64,000 nt of DNA from Candidatus Bathyarchaeota archaeon (GCA_963775895.1 CAVZKL010000017.1:1-64000), one strand, 5' to 3'; shown: positions 31,986 to 42,227, counted from the stretch's first letter. A program made the numbers and translations. The notes: generated by a model from the sequence alone, not told the origin.

Positions 31986-32916
31986 TTGAAGGCCGATCTT
32001 TCTCAGATAGTAAAAGAGGCAATGGAAGCTCCTCTTGCTGGCTTCAATAAGACCGTCGAGGACGCAACTCAGCTGCTTCGAGACGAAAACGCCAAAGTTG
32101 GAAACCTCGAAATCATCGGGCGGTTCGTTAGAATGGAGCCGTCGGGCGAGGCGGTGATAATAGGCGATCTGCACGGAGATCTTGAGAGTCTTGTTCACAT
32201 TCTGCAAGAGAGCAGCATTCTTCAAAGAATGGATAAATCCGATTCTGTTCATCTTGTCTTTCTAGGTGACTATGGGGATCGAGGAGACTTTTTCTTCAGA
32301 AGTAATATGCACCGTTCTGAAACTCAAGCTTCATTTTCCGGCCCAGGTCATCTTGATGAGAGGAAACCATGAAGGACCTAAAGACATTATGGCCTATCCT
32401 CATGACTTGCCATCTCAACTGAAGTATAGATTCGGCAAGGATTGGACTGCTGCGTATGACAGAATCTTTGAGCTGTTTCGATATCTCTACACCTCGGTCT
32501 TGGTGAGGAACACGTGTCTGATGGTTCACGGCGGTCCATCCGAACAAGTCCATACGGTTGAAGATCTAGCCTACGCTCATGTGAGTCATCCCAAAACCTC
32601 CATGCTCGAAGACATTCTTTGGAGCGATCCTTCAGATTCTATCAGAGGAGTTTATCCTTCCCCTAGAGGTGCTGGCAAACTCTTCGGAAAAGACGTGACG
32701 GCGAGATTTTTGAAGATCTTCAAAGTCAGGATTCTCGTGAGGGGTCACGAATCTTGTAACGATGGTTTCAAAATCGATCACGATGACAGGGTACTAACGC
32801 TGTTTTCAAGAAAGGGTCCACCCTATTTCAACGTCCATGGCGCCTACTTGGACCTCATGTTGTCTAAAGAATTCCAAAACGCGACGCATATGATTCCGTA
32901 CGTTCACGAATTTTGA
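31986..32916 (+). CDS. PPP family Ser/Thr protein phosphatase (frameshift near 32290)
   Basis: GDLHG, GDYGDRG, RGNHE, HGG, DILWSDP, SPRGAG, RGHE, TLFS. Confidence 0.9.
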
Positions 32917-32923
32917 TTGTTCA

Positions 32924-33871
32924 TTGAACCTCGGAAACTTTAAGAACGTCGCGAAACGCATTTTTCACAGACTCAAGACAACGGAGAGTGGTTTTCTGAG
33001 ATTCGGTATCGTTACTCGAAACAAAGAAGCCTACAGTTCATCTCAGCTGCAGAAAGCTTTGAAAAGGCGTGGGCTTGACTGCGTATGCTTTACGTTCCCA
33101 AAATTGATTGCCCACGTAGGATTCAAACCTATGGCCAAAGTCGCCGAACTTGACATCAGCGAGTTGAATGCGCTCATAATTCGTCCGATCGGACGAGGTT
33201 CTCTTGAAGAGCTGGTTTTCAGAATGGATGTTCTGTACGCTCTCCAGCGTGCAGGCTTGTACATCGTGAATCCGCCGCAAGCCATTGAACACTGCGTCGA
33301 CAAGTACGACATACTTACGCTCATGGAAGAGAATGGGATTCCTGTGCCACGCACTGCGACAACCGAAAGCTTGGACGAGGCACTGAAGGCTTTCAAAGAG
33401 CTTGGAAATGATGTGGTGGTTAAGCCCTTGTTCGGCTCGAGAGGAGTTGGTGCCACGAGAGTGAATGACGCCGAGGTGGCTGTAACAGTCTTTCGGGCAA
33501 TACTGTTCTATCATGGTGTCATCTACATTCAAGAGTTTGTGAATCACGGGTTCTCGGATATCCGTGCCTTCGTGATTGGCAACCGGGTTGTTGCCGCGAT
33601 GCGGCGTGTTGCTAAGGATTGGAAAACGAACTACAGCCAAGGAGCCAAAGCAAAACGTACCAAGCTTGAGAAAACCCTCGAAGATCTCGCCATCAAATCA
33701 GCAAGAGCCATAGACTGTAAGATAGCTGGAGTCGACATATTGGAAAGTCCGTCAGGGCCCGTTGTCGTCGAGGTCAACAGTCAACCTGGATGGAGAGGAT
33801 TACAATCAGTGGCAACAGTCAACATTGCAGACGAAATCATTGCCTTCGTACTATCAGAGCTGAAGAAGTGA
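32924..33871 (+). CDS. RimK-family ATP-grasp ligase, MptN-like (H4MPT/methanofuran glutamylation)
   Basis: KPLFGSRG, QEF, DIRAFV, WKTNYSQG, GVD, EVNSQPGW; C1 cluster context; start may be CTG 32996. Confidence 0.82.
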   Translation: MNLGNFKNVAKRIFHRLKTTESGFLRFGIVTRNKEAYSSSQLQKALKRRGLDCVCFTFPKLIAHVGFKPMAKVAELDISELNALIIRPIGRGSLEELVFRMDVLYALQRAGLYIVNPPQAIEHCVDKYDILTLMEENGIPVPRTATTESLDEALKAFKELGNDVVVKPLFGSRGVGATRVNDAEVAVTVFRAILFYHGVIYIQEFVNHGFSDIRAFVIGNRVVAAMRRVAKDWKTNYSQGAKAKRTKLEKTLEDLAIKSARAIDCKIAGVDILESPSGPVVVEVNSQPGWRGLQSVATVNIADEIIAFVLSELKK

Positions 33872-33876
33872 AGGGT

Positions 33877-34659
33877 ATGTTAGAGGTTGAGGTTGTTAGA
33901 GTCGACGTTTCAACTAAGATGGTTCAGAAAACGACAGACCTTGTGGCCGAAGAGAGACCGCTTCACGTGTTTCTGAACCGGACCCATTACGCTACGATTT
34001 TCTGTTCTCCAACTGACCTTAAGGAACTCGCGGTTGGACACGCTCTATCTGAGGGAATAGTGAAATCTCCAGAGGAGATAGAAGAGATCATTCTGGAAGA
34101 GCATGGAATCTGTCGCGTGCGCTTAAAAGACGAAGTCGAACTTCCAAAAAGGCTGAAACTTTCGAAACAGTTCTCTCGCATCATTTTCTCGGCGTGCGGA
34201 AGCCAAGAACCCTTCCGGCCAACCGTGCGGCTTCACAAAATCGAATCTACGTTAAAGGTCAGAGCTGAGACTTTGCTGAATTGCGTGGCCAACCTAAATC
34301 ATGTTGCGGAGACTTTCAGAAAAACGGGTGGGACTCATGTCGCTGCTGTCTACACGCGCGACGGGGATCTCTTGGCTTTAGCGGAGGATGTCGGTCGTCA
34401 CAACGCGGTTGATAAGGTTATTGGTATTTGTGCGTTGAAGAAGGTCGACTTTGACGAATGCTTCTTAGCCCTCAGCGGGCGTTTGACAGGCGACATCGTC
34501 TTCAAGGCTGCAAGGATGGGCATTCCTATCGTAGGTTCTTTGTCTGCAGCAATAGATTCTGGGATCAATATAGCAAAGGATATTGATTTGACTTTAGTGG
34601 GTTTTGTTCGCGGCAAGCGCATGAACGTCTACAGTTTCGCTGAAAGAATCCTCTCGTAA
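33877..34659 (+). CDS. fdhD: Formate dehydrogenase accessory sulfurtransferase
   Basis: SACG, FRKTGGTH, EDVGRHNAVDK, SGR, GFVRG. Confidence 0.93.
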   Translation: MLEVEVVRVDVSTKMVQKTTDLVAEERPLHVFLNRTHYATIFCSPTDLKELAVGHALSEGIVKSPEEIEEIILEEHGICRVRLKDEVELPKRLKLSKQFSRIIFSACGSQEPFRPTVRLHKIESTLKVRAETLLNCVANLNHVAETFRKTGGTHVAAVYTRDGDLLALAEDVGRHNAVDKVIGICALKKVDFDECFLALSGRLTGDIVFKAARMGIPIVGSLSAAIDSGINIAKDIDLTLVGFVRGKRMNVYSFAERILS

Positions 34660-35633
34660 GGGTCTTGTGCCTCTTCTGGAAAAGAGACTTCTTTTCCCTT
34701 CGTGACTAGAATTCGATCTTTCATCTTTGTGAAAGTGCCCAAAAAGCTGGTCTGCAGATCGTTCTGTTCCATCGTTTTCACTATCTGAAGAGTTTTTTCA
34801 GGGCTGATGCTAGCCACGATGGTGCCAGTTGAAGACATTGAAAGCAGCTGCTCGTTTGACAGGTCAAAGTACTCCTGCAATTTGATTGCCTCTTTGCAAA
34901 TGGGGATCTTCTTGAAGTCTATTCTGAAACCGACTTTGGAAGCTTCAGCCATCTCGTTCAGGGCAGCAGTCAAGCCTCCTTCGGTCGCGTCGTGCATAGC
35001 ATGGGCATAGCCTGTCTTTGAAAGCAGCAGTGCTTCTTTCACGCAGCTTTGCAGGGTAACCTGCCCTCTGAGTTCTCTTGCTCTTTCTGCTCCGAAGATC
35101 TTCTTCGCCAATTCTCGATGGGTTATTGCGAAGTTGACGGCCAATTCCAAGCCTATGGGCTTTGTGCACAGTACTAGATCACCTGGTCTAGCACCGGCTG
35201 GAGTAATCAGTTTGTCTTCTTTTATGATGCCGTAGGCCGTACAGACTCCGACTGGAACAAGCAGACCACGGTAAGTTCCGGTGTGTCCTGTTATTATTGT
35301 CATTCCAAGTTCGTCAGCAGCCTTGCACGTCTGGTTCATGATCTTCTGGAAAGTCTCTGGACTCGTCGATGGTGGACCTAAAAGGTTGACAGTGCAGAAC
35401 TGCGGCTTGGCACCGAACAAGGCGACGTCCGAGGAAGCATAATGTATCAGTAACCAGCCGAACCACTCTGTGGGAACACCGATACAAGGGTCAGTCGAGA
35501 TAACCAAGCACTGCCCGCCAGGTAGTCGGTGGACGCCCGAATCGAAACCGGGCAGTGGAGGCACCACCACGTTGGGATCTTTCTTAATGCAACTGAGTAA
35601 TCTCGCAAGGTCTTCAGTGGCAAGCTTTCCCAT
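34629..35633 (-). CDS. AIR synthase-related (PurM/HypE-like) protein
   Basis: MGKL, STDP, GHT, MHDATEGG. Confidence 0.82.
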   Translation of the reverse strand: MGKLATEDLARLLSCIKKDPNVVVPPLPGFDSGVHRLPGGQCLVISTDPCIGVPTEWFGWLLIHYASSDVALFGAKPQFCTVNLLGPPSTSPETFQKIMNQTCKAADELGMTIITGHTGTYRGLLVPVGVCTAYGIIKEDKLITPAGARPGDLVLCTKPIGLELAVNFAITHRELAKKIFGAERARELRGQVTLQSCVKEALLLSKTGYAHAMHDATEGGLTAALNEMAEASKVGFRIDFKKIPICKEAIKLQEYFDLSNEQLLSMSSTGTIVASISPEKTLQIVKTMEQNDLQTSFLGTFTKMKDRILVTKGKEVSFPEEAQDPYERILSAKL

Positions 35634-35775
35634 TTCACGTCTGGCCTCTCTGCATTTATTGCGTCATGCGGCGCTTATTAGTTGGTGTGAAAGCCTTCCA
35701 TCCAAGAGGTTTTTTGCACCTTCCACCTTCGAGGTAAGACGCGGTTAAGGTGTAGTGTTATCGATCGGCAAATTG

Positions 35776-36318
35776 TCAACGGCCATAGGTAAATATGCTC
35801 CTCGCTGAAAGCAAGAGGGCAGTCATGATTGCCAAGCTTATTCCCAACTCTGGCAAGAGGTAGGCTCCGTTGTAGATTATGGAGTATATCACGGGGTTGA
35901 GGGATCCTGCGTTCATGTACCAAAAGAAGACACCTGAAAGAAAATGTGCAATGAAACGACCGAATACACCTACTACGACTCCAATGATTGGCCCTACTGT
36001 TCGCCACTTTCTAAACAAACCTGCCAATCCTAGGGCTCCAAACGCAATCGGATAATCCAATAACACCTGCACGGGACTTACAAGAAATGGTTCAAAAACC
36101 ATCACGACAAAACCAAAAACCACTCCTGCGTAAGTCCCGATTAGTGCGCCTCTTCGAAGAGAAAGCACGAAAATGGGAACCATGCAGCCAAGAGTTATTT
36201 CTCCTCCGTTTGGAAACTGATACAGTTTAATGTTAAACAAAACCGTTGCCAAGGCAACAAAAGAAACTACTTCGGCAAGAATTCTTGGATCAAACCTTGT
36301 TTCTGACTTCAACTTCAA
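35776..36318 (-). CDS. thiT: Thiamine ECF transporter S component
   Basis: PNGGEIT, PVQVLLDY, HFLSGVFFW, YSIIYN; TPP riboswitch upstream. Confidence 0.92.
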   Translation of the reverse strand: MKLKSETRFDPRILAEVVSFVALATVLFNIKLYQFPNGGEITLGCMVPIFVLSLRRGALIGTYAGVVFGFVVMVFEPFLVSPVQVLLDYPIAFGALGLAGLFRKWRTVGPIIGVVVGVFGRFIAHFLSGVFFWYMNAGSLNPVIYSIIYNGAYLLPELGISLAIMTALLLSARSIFTYGR

Positions 36319-36321
36319 TTC

Positions 36322-36412
36322 TATCCCTCCGCCAGTATTACCTGGATCAGGTTCTATGGGTCGACGATGCTCAATCGTCCTCTCAGCCGGGTCACGTGCC
36401 CAGCTCCCCCTT
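36322..36412 (-). promoter_or_regulatory. TPP riboswitch
   Basis: Minus strand GGGGAGC...GCTGAGA...ACCC..GAACCTGATCCAGGTAATACTGGCGGAGGGA directly before thiT. Confidence 0.93.
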
Positions 36413-36471
36413 AAACCTATGAGGACAATTGTTATCTATCCATAAATAAAGCTTCTGGGTGATACTCTGTA

Positions 36472-36654
36472 TCATGGTTTGTCTTTTGCGTTGAGCAGTT
36501 CTTTCCTCATCATGTCTTTCAGGGCTACGCTTAAGTTTTCGATTTGTTCCTCTTCGCACGATGCGGGACCTGTACAGGCTGTGTATGGGCGGGTCAAGGC
36601 CTCTCTGGTCAAGACTTCTTCAGGGTTCAAACTCCGCGCGGTTCTGACGTATGC
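36472..36654 (-). pseudogene. Possible C-terminal remnant of a tyrosine integrase
   Basis: Startless frame LNPEEVLTREALTRP...EQIENLSVALKDMMRKELL resembles recalled bathyarchaeal integrase tails. Confidence 0.35.
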
Positions 36655-36905
36655 TAGAGGATCAGTCCCATGATTATTTCCAATACTCCAAATACTGCTC
36701 CTATACCATAGAAAACGGTCATCAATGAAACATTGTTTGGAGGCAAGTTAGCAAACGAAGCAGCAGACACATACTCTATTAGTAAAAGAATTGTTCCAAG
36801 ACACGTTAAGATTCTGATGAGTATGAGTACGTGACCCACCACTCTGGGAAGAGTTTTGGTTCTGTCTCTGGTTTTCTCTTTGGTTTTGTCGTTTCTGGTT
36901 TTCAC
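36654..36905 (-). CDS. Small membrane protein
   Basis: KT-rich N-terminal repeat then two TM helices. Confidence 0.45.
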   Translation of the reverse strand: MKTRNDKTKEKTRDRTKTLPRVVGHVLILIRILTCLGTILLLIEYVSAASFANLPPNNVSLMTVFYGIGAVFGVLEIIMGLIL

Positions 36906-36969
36906 TCATTCTTTTAGTTCCTAGTTTGTCTTCTGTTTGTCGTGCAGCGCGCGCTTGCAGATCAGCTTT

Positions 36970-37347
36970 TCATAGCACGCGTGATTTCATAGTGTGAGCG
37001 CGTGTTTCGTCAAGGTACTGTCGAATTTTCTCTATGCCTTGATATTTTTTTCCTTGAACTATTGCTGTTGGAGTTTTCCGAATTCCCCGTACAAACGCTT
37101 TGATCAAGTCAATCGTTCTTGAAGTATCAAGCAATTTGACCTCTTCACCAGATTCCTTCACTAATGGTTCCAACAGCTCTAAGGCTTGAAAATCCTCTGG
37201 TGAAAGAATTCGTCCCTTAAAAGATGATGCAAGACCTTTCACGAGTCCTTCCGATGTGCCTGGACGGCAGTGGGAGTGTGCGCTTGTTTCTCGGTACGCA
37301 TCCATATCTACGCTCTCGGAATATGAGCGCACATAGATTTCGATCAC
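36970..37347 (-). CDS. Hypothetical protein, possible thioredoxin-like fold
   Basis: GIRKTPTAIVQGKKYQG cis-Pro-like segment; HSHC. Confidence 0.55.
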   Translation of the reverse strand: MIEIYVRSYSESVDMDAYRETSAHSHCRPGTSEGLVKGLASSFKGRILSPEDFQALELLEPLVKESGEEVKLLDTSRTIDLIKAFVRGIRKTPTAIVQGKKYQGIEKIRQYLDETRAHTMKSRVL

Positions 37348-37430
37348 AGAGCTTCTCCATCTCTATTAAGCGTTATGAATATTAACGTCTAACGTTTCGC
37401 GAGCGCTGACAGCACTGTGAAGATTTTCGT

Positions 37431-37733
37431 TCAGAAGAATCTCTGCTTCTTTCCTTGTAGAGGTATGGTAATGAAGAAAGCTATCCAACAGATTCCGATG
37501 AAGAGGGCAGAGCCGAAGAGAAAATTCCTTAGTGGATGCATATATGGAAGCCAATTTATGAGGACGTCAGGGTTTAGTTTTCGGTACAACTCAACTATCT
37601 CTGGCTGCTGTGAATTAACCCCCTGTTCTACACCAGCTACATAGGCTACTGCCATTGTCAAAACAACAGTTCCTATGGCTAGGAAGACTACCATCAACCT
37701 TAACATCTTATCCACGGCTTTTAACCCATCCAA
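37431..37733 (-). CDS. Two-TM membrane protein
   Basis: Two hydrophobic helices, basic tail. Confidence 0.55.
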   Translation of the reverse strand: MDGLKAVDKMLRLMVVFLAIGTVVLTMAVAYVAGVEQGVNSQQPEIVELYRKLNPDVLINWLPYMHPLRNFLFGSALFIGICWIAFFITIPLQGKKQRFF

Positions 37734-38014
37734 GAAATGATTAGCTTGGCTCCCGTATAATCCTAGAGATTAGAACAGAAAATCCAGAGATTAGGACACG
37801 GGCGGAGTCTCTGTTTCCTAGTCAATTGCTTTCACTCATATGTTGTTCTTTTGATATGGCAAGTTTCTACGAAAACCCGACTTTGCGGGAGATATTCCGT
37901 TTTCTTTGCTCGTACATGTCAAGTTTGGGTTTGGGTTTTGGTTTGGGCGCGCGCGCACTATTTCAGGGACTCCTTAGAAGTATGGTATCACCCAGAATCT
38001 TTGCTCCGAAAATC

Positions 38015-38578
38015 TCAGTTTTTGGAAGCTTGGAGATCTGTCTTTTTCTCGTGGCTCAATAGACTCAGTGTGAAGGCGGCTATGAAGAGCAGCATTGAGG
38101 GATATGTAAGCCAGTAGCCTTGTTGATAGGAGATTTCCCAAGATCTAAAACTCGTGCCCACGTAGACCATTAATGCAGTGACCGTTGGGCATAGGATTGC
38201 TGGGGCAAGAGCCAGAATCCTCTTGTTGAGAAAAACAGAAGCTACTCCAGTAATCAACGTCAGGATTTGAGCTACAAGCATGAATACAAACACCAATGGA
38301 AGCTCGGATTTATAGGCATATTCTTTGACCCAATAGTCATAGAACCAATATTCAACAGTCTGATTAAGGAACAGGGATCTAACCTGTTGGGTGGAACACT
38401 TTAACGACCAATAACTAGTTCGATCCGAATCCTCAGGAATAATGCTTGCGGGACGAATTTCATGAAGAAAAGGAAAAATGGTTGAGCCTAGGAAAAGCAA
38501 GCATCCAAGTATGAGCAGGACCATTCTCAATATGCCCATGTGCTTAACAGAGTTGCCTTTTGAATCAACCATTATCAA
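38015..38578 (-). CDS. Four-TM membrane protein
   Basis: TM-loop-3TM topology; GYWLTYPS. Confidence 0.65.
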   Translation of the reverse strand: MIMVDSKGNSVKHMGILRMVLLILGCLLFLGSTIFPFLHEIRPASIIPEDSDRTSYWSLKCSTQQVRSLFLNQTVEYWFYDYWVKEYAYKSELPLVFVFMLVAQILTLITGVASVFLNKRILALAPAILCPTVTALMVYVGTSFRSWEISYQQGYWLTYPSMLLFIAAFTLSLLSHEKKTDLQASKN

Positions 38579-38684
38579 AACCCCATCTGAAGAATATACT
38601 TCGATTCTCTTATAATTCCACGTTTTAGAACAGAGCGTTCTTACAATTCTTCAGGTAAATGATAGACTTTAGAGGTGTGGTGAA

Positions 38685-38864
38685 ATGGGAATTGACGCGC
38701 GTGCTGTGATCGGTGTTCTAGCGGCTGTGTCCATAATAGTGATTGGAATAACCATAATGACGTATCTTAATTCCATAAATCCACTTGGCGCAATTCTCGG
38801 TATAATAGTGCTAATAGCCGTAGCCATTGCCATAGTTGTCGGCTTCGCTCGATCACATACCTAA
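38685..38864 (+). CDS. 59-aa two-TM membrane protein (not in ORF track)
   Basis: GAGGTG RBS; MGIDARAVIGVLAAV...FARSHT. Confidence 0.6.
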   Translation: MGIDARAVIGVLAAVSIIVIGITIMTYLNSINPLGAILGIIVLIAVAIAIVVGFARSHT

Positions 38865-38988
38865 CGCGCGCTAGAATATGTGTTTCGTTGCTTCTTGCTT
38901 GGATTGAGTGAGGATTGCGTGTTAGTGTTGAAGTGCGTCCAGAAGGCTTTTTTAGCCGTACATTTACTTTTCCTAGACATAATCCAAT

Positions 38989-41481
38989 TTGCTTCAGGAC
39001 GTTGTCAACGTGAAGAAAGCACTGCCAAAACTCGATATTCCAGTGATTGAAAAGAAATGGCAGAATGAATGGGAAAAACGCCGCGCTTACCTTTTTGACT
39101 GGAAGGACCATAAACGACCTAGCTTCAGCATCGACACTCCGCCGCCCTATCCGTCCGGTGAGTTTCACGTTGGAACAGTTCTGAACTGGACCTACATCGA
39201 CATAGTGGCACGTTACAAACGTATGCGTGGTTTTAACGTTCATTTTCCTCAAGGTTGGGACTGCCACGGTTTGCCAGTTGAGGTTGAAGTGGAAAAACAG
39301 CACAACATCAAGAAAACCGACGTCCCACCAGACCAGTTCAGTAAACTCTGTGAGCAGTTAGTGAACGAGAACATAGCTTCTATGAAAGATTCTATGGTAC
39401 GCATGGGTTTTTCGATGGATTGGACAACAGAGTTCAAGACGATGGACCCTGACTACTGGAGGCGCACGCAACTTTCATTCATCATGCTGTACAACAAAGA
39501 TTTCATCTACAAAGGAACGCACCCAGTCAACTGGTGTCCTCGCTGCGAAACTGCCATAGCCGACGCTGAAGTGCGGTATGATCGCAGAAACGCCGATCTA
39601 CAACACGTCAAATTTGAGCTTGAGGACGGCGGTTCTCTTGAAATAGCCACGACAAGGCCTGAACTGATTCCCGCATGCGTTAGCGTTGCGGTTCATCCTG
39701 ATGACGATCGCTACAAAAAGTACGTCGGAAAACGGGTCAAAGTACCTACAACAGGTCGAGCTGTTGAAATCTTGGCCGACGATATGGTCGATCCAAAATT
39801 CGGAACTGGCGTGGTGATGATCTGCACTTACGGTGATAAGGCTGACGTAAAAACAGTCATGAAACATCATTTGCCAGTGATAATGTGCATAGATGAGAAA
39901 GGCAGAATGACGAAGAACGCAGGGAAGTACGCGGGCCTGTCAACTGGAAACGCCAAGAAGGCTATTCTGGAAGACCTGAAGCTTCAGAGGCTGGTCGATA
40001 GGACCGAAAGCCTGGAGCAGGAAGTCAGCATCTGCTGGAGATGCCGGACTCCGATCGAAATTCTCGAGAGAGAACAATGGTTCATGAAAACTCGAATTCT
40101 GACGGACAAAGTGGAGAAGAATGCTCTAGAGATCACTTGGTATCCTGATTACATGAAACACCGGCTGATCGATTGGGCTCGATCACTCGAATGGGACTGG
40201 GTAATATCTCGACAACGCGTGTTTGCTACGCCAATACCGATCTGGTATTGCAAGAAATGTGGCGAAGTAATTCTTGCCAAACCCGATTGGGTGCCGATTG
40301 ACCCGCGCATTGAAAAGCCAAAAATCCAGAAGTGCCCAAAATGCGGCGGCAATGATTTCAAGCCGGAAACCGACGTGCTTGACACATGGTTCGATTCTTC
40401 GATAACATGCGCGGTCCACGCAGGATGGCCAGACAGGAAAGATTGGAGGAGACTGTTCCCTGCAGACGTTCATCCTTCAGGAGTCGACATCATACGCACA
40501 TGGGCTTACTATTTAATGGTGAGGCATCTCGCTCTGTTCGACGAGAAACCCTACAAGAGTTGCTTGATAAACGGTATGGTTCTCGGCACTGATGGACGTG
40601 AAATGCACAAGTCTCTGGGCAACTATGTTTCGTCAGTTGAAGTTCTTTCAAAATACGGCGCAGACGCGATGAGACAATGGGCCGCAGCTGGAGGGGCCAC
40701 AGGTTCAGACATATCTTTCAGGTGGCCCGACGCAGAGTATGGATGGCGTTTCTTGATCAAACTCTGGAACGCGTCGAGCTTTGTCAGTAATCTACTGAAA
40801 GACTATGAGCGGGCCGAAGACTCTGATCCAGACCTTCAGCCACTGGACAAGTGGATTTTAAGCAAGACTGAACAAATCACGCAGAAAGTGACCGAGGCCT
40901 TGGAAACGTGTCAGTTTAACATTGCCCTTGAGGAAACGCGCAACTTTACTTGGCATACGTTCTGTGACTGTTATTTAGAGGCAGTGAAGGATCGACTTTA
41001 CAGACCGGAAGTCTACGGTGAGCCAAAGAAAAGGGCAGCACAGTATACGCTGCATACGGTTCTCAAGAGGATTCTTTTGCTACTTGCACCGATGATACCT
41101 CACGTGACCGAGGAAGTGTACTCCATACTCTACGCAGAAGAAGATGAACAGACAAGCATTCATAGTTCCGCTTGGCCAGAACCTAGGAAAGCCACAATTG
41201 ACGCAGACGCAGAAAGAAAGGGCGAGATCATAATAGCAATTATAGCCGAACTTCGAAAAGAAAAAGCTGAGAAACATCTTCCGCTGAATACGCAGATCAA
41301 AAATCTGAAGATATTCACCGAAGAAAAGGACATAGCGGAAACTATCAATCAGGGAAAAGGAGACATCAAAGGAACCTGCAAAGTCGCAGAAATGCAGATC
41401 CTTTCCGAAAAAGGTGCAGGCCGAGAAATCAAACCGTACAACATCCGTTTCAGAACGGAGTTTCAACCGAAGCAAGAGTGA
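38989..41481 (+). CDS. valS: Valine--tRNA ligase
   Basis: DTPPPY, HVGT, GWDCHGLP, WVISRQR, EMHKS, anticodon domain. Confidence 0.97.
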   Translation: MLQDVVNVKKALPKLDIPVIEKKWQNEWEKRRAYLFDWKDHKRPSFSIDTPPPYPSGEFHVGTVLNWTYIDIVARYKRMRGFNVHFPQGWDCHGLPVEVEVEKQHNIKKTDVPPDQFSKLCEQLVNENIASMKDSMVRMGFSMDWTTEFKTMDPDYWRRTQLSFIMLYNKDFIYKGTHPVNWCPRCETAIADAEVRYDRRNADLQHVKFELEDGGSLEIATTRPELIPACVSVAVHPDDDRYKKYVGKRVKVPTTGRAVEILADDMVDPKFGTGVVMICTYGDKADVKTVMKHHLPVIMCIDEKGRMTKNAGKYAGLSTGNAKKAILEDLKLQRLVDRTESLEQEVSICWRCRTPIEILEREQWFMKTRILTDKVEKNALEITWYPDYMKHRLIDWARSLEWDWVISRQRVFATPIPIWYCKKCGEVILAKPDWVPIDPRIEKPKIQKCPKCGGNDFKPETDVLDTWFDSSITCAVHAGWPDRKDWRRLFPADVHPSGVDIIRTWAYYLMVRHLALFDEKPYKSCLINGMVLGTDGREMHKSLGNYVSSVEVLSKYGADAMRQWAAAGGATGSDISFRWPDAEYGWRFLIKLWNASSFVSNLLKDYERAEDSDPDLQPLDKWILSKTEQITQKVTEALETCQFNIALEETRNFTWHTFCDCYLEAVKDRLYRPEVYGEPKKRAAQYTLHTVLKRILLLLAPMIPHVTEEVYSILYAEEDEQTSIHSSAWPEPRKATIDADAERKGEIIIAIIAELRKEKAEKHLPLNTQIKNLKIFTEEKDIAETINQGKGDIKGTCKVAEMQILSEKGAGREIKPYNIRFRTEFQPKQE

Positions 41482-41487
41482 TCTACC

Positions 41488-42226
41488 GTGAAGAAGGTCG
41501 GTGTCATTGGGTGCGGCGTAATCGGGGCACTCATTGCGAAGTCATTCGCAGAAAGACTGATCCCGTGTGACGAACTAATCCTATTCGACAAAGACATTGA
41601 AAAAGCGCAGAAAATACGAAGCGTTATTGAAGGCTCCGATCACGCCTGTGAACAGTGTTGATGAGATGATCAGGGCAAAACCCGCAATCATCGTTGAAGC
41701 CGCGTCACAACAGGCCGTCAGAGAGTATCTTCACAAAATCTTGTCAGCTGACATAGAAGTCGTGATCATGAGCGTGGGCGCGCTCTTGGACATGGACTTG
41801 GAGAGTGGCAAGATTCACATACCATCCGGGGCCATCGGCGGTCTGGACGCTATTTCTACCGCTTCGCTTGCGGGAATCAAAGAAATAACTTTGACGACTA
41901 GGAAAAACCCGAAGACTCTTGACACGAGCAGCGACTTGGAGAAAATCGCTTACGAAGGGTTCGCGGAGGAAGCAGCCAAGCTTTTTCCGAGAGAAATGAA
42001 TGTTGCAGCCACTTTGGCGTTGACCGTCAAACCCCACAAAGTGAGAGTCAAGGTAATTTCAGACCCTAAGGTCATACGAAACGTTCACGAGATTCAACTG
42101 GTCTGGAAACACGGAGACATGTTCTTCCGATTCGAGAACGATCCTCATCCCGAGAATCCGGGCACGAGCGCACTGGCAGCTTGGTCAGCCATTAAGCTTA
42201 TCAGAGACCTGTTGGAAAGGAACTAG
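41488..42226 (+). CDS. nadX: L-aspartate dehydrogenase (frameshift near 41597)
   Basis: IGCGVIG, VEAAS, PSGAIGGLD, FPREMNVA, PENPGTS. Confidence 0.85.
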
Positions 42227-42227
42227 G

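Noticed and set aside
37383-37436. Integron attC site (GTTAGAC on minus strand)
   Set aside because: Poor R''/L box pairing, no repeats at other gene ends, no IntI in the window
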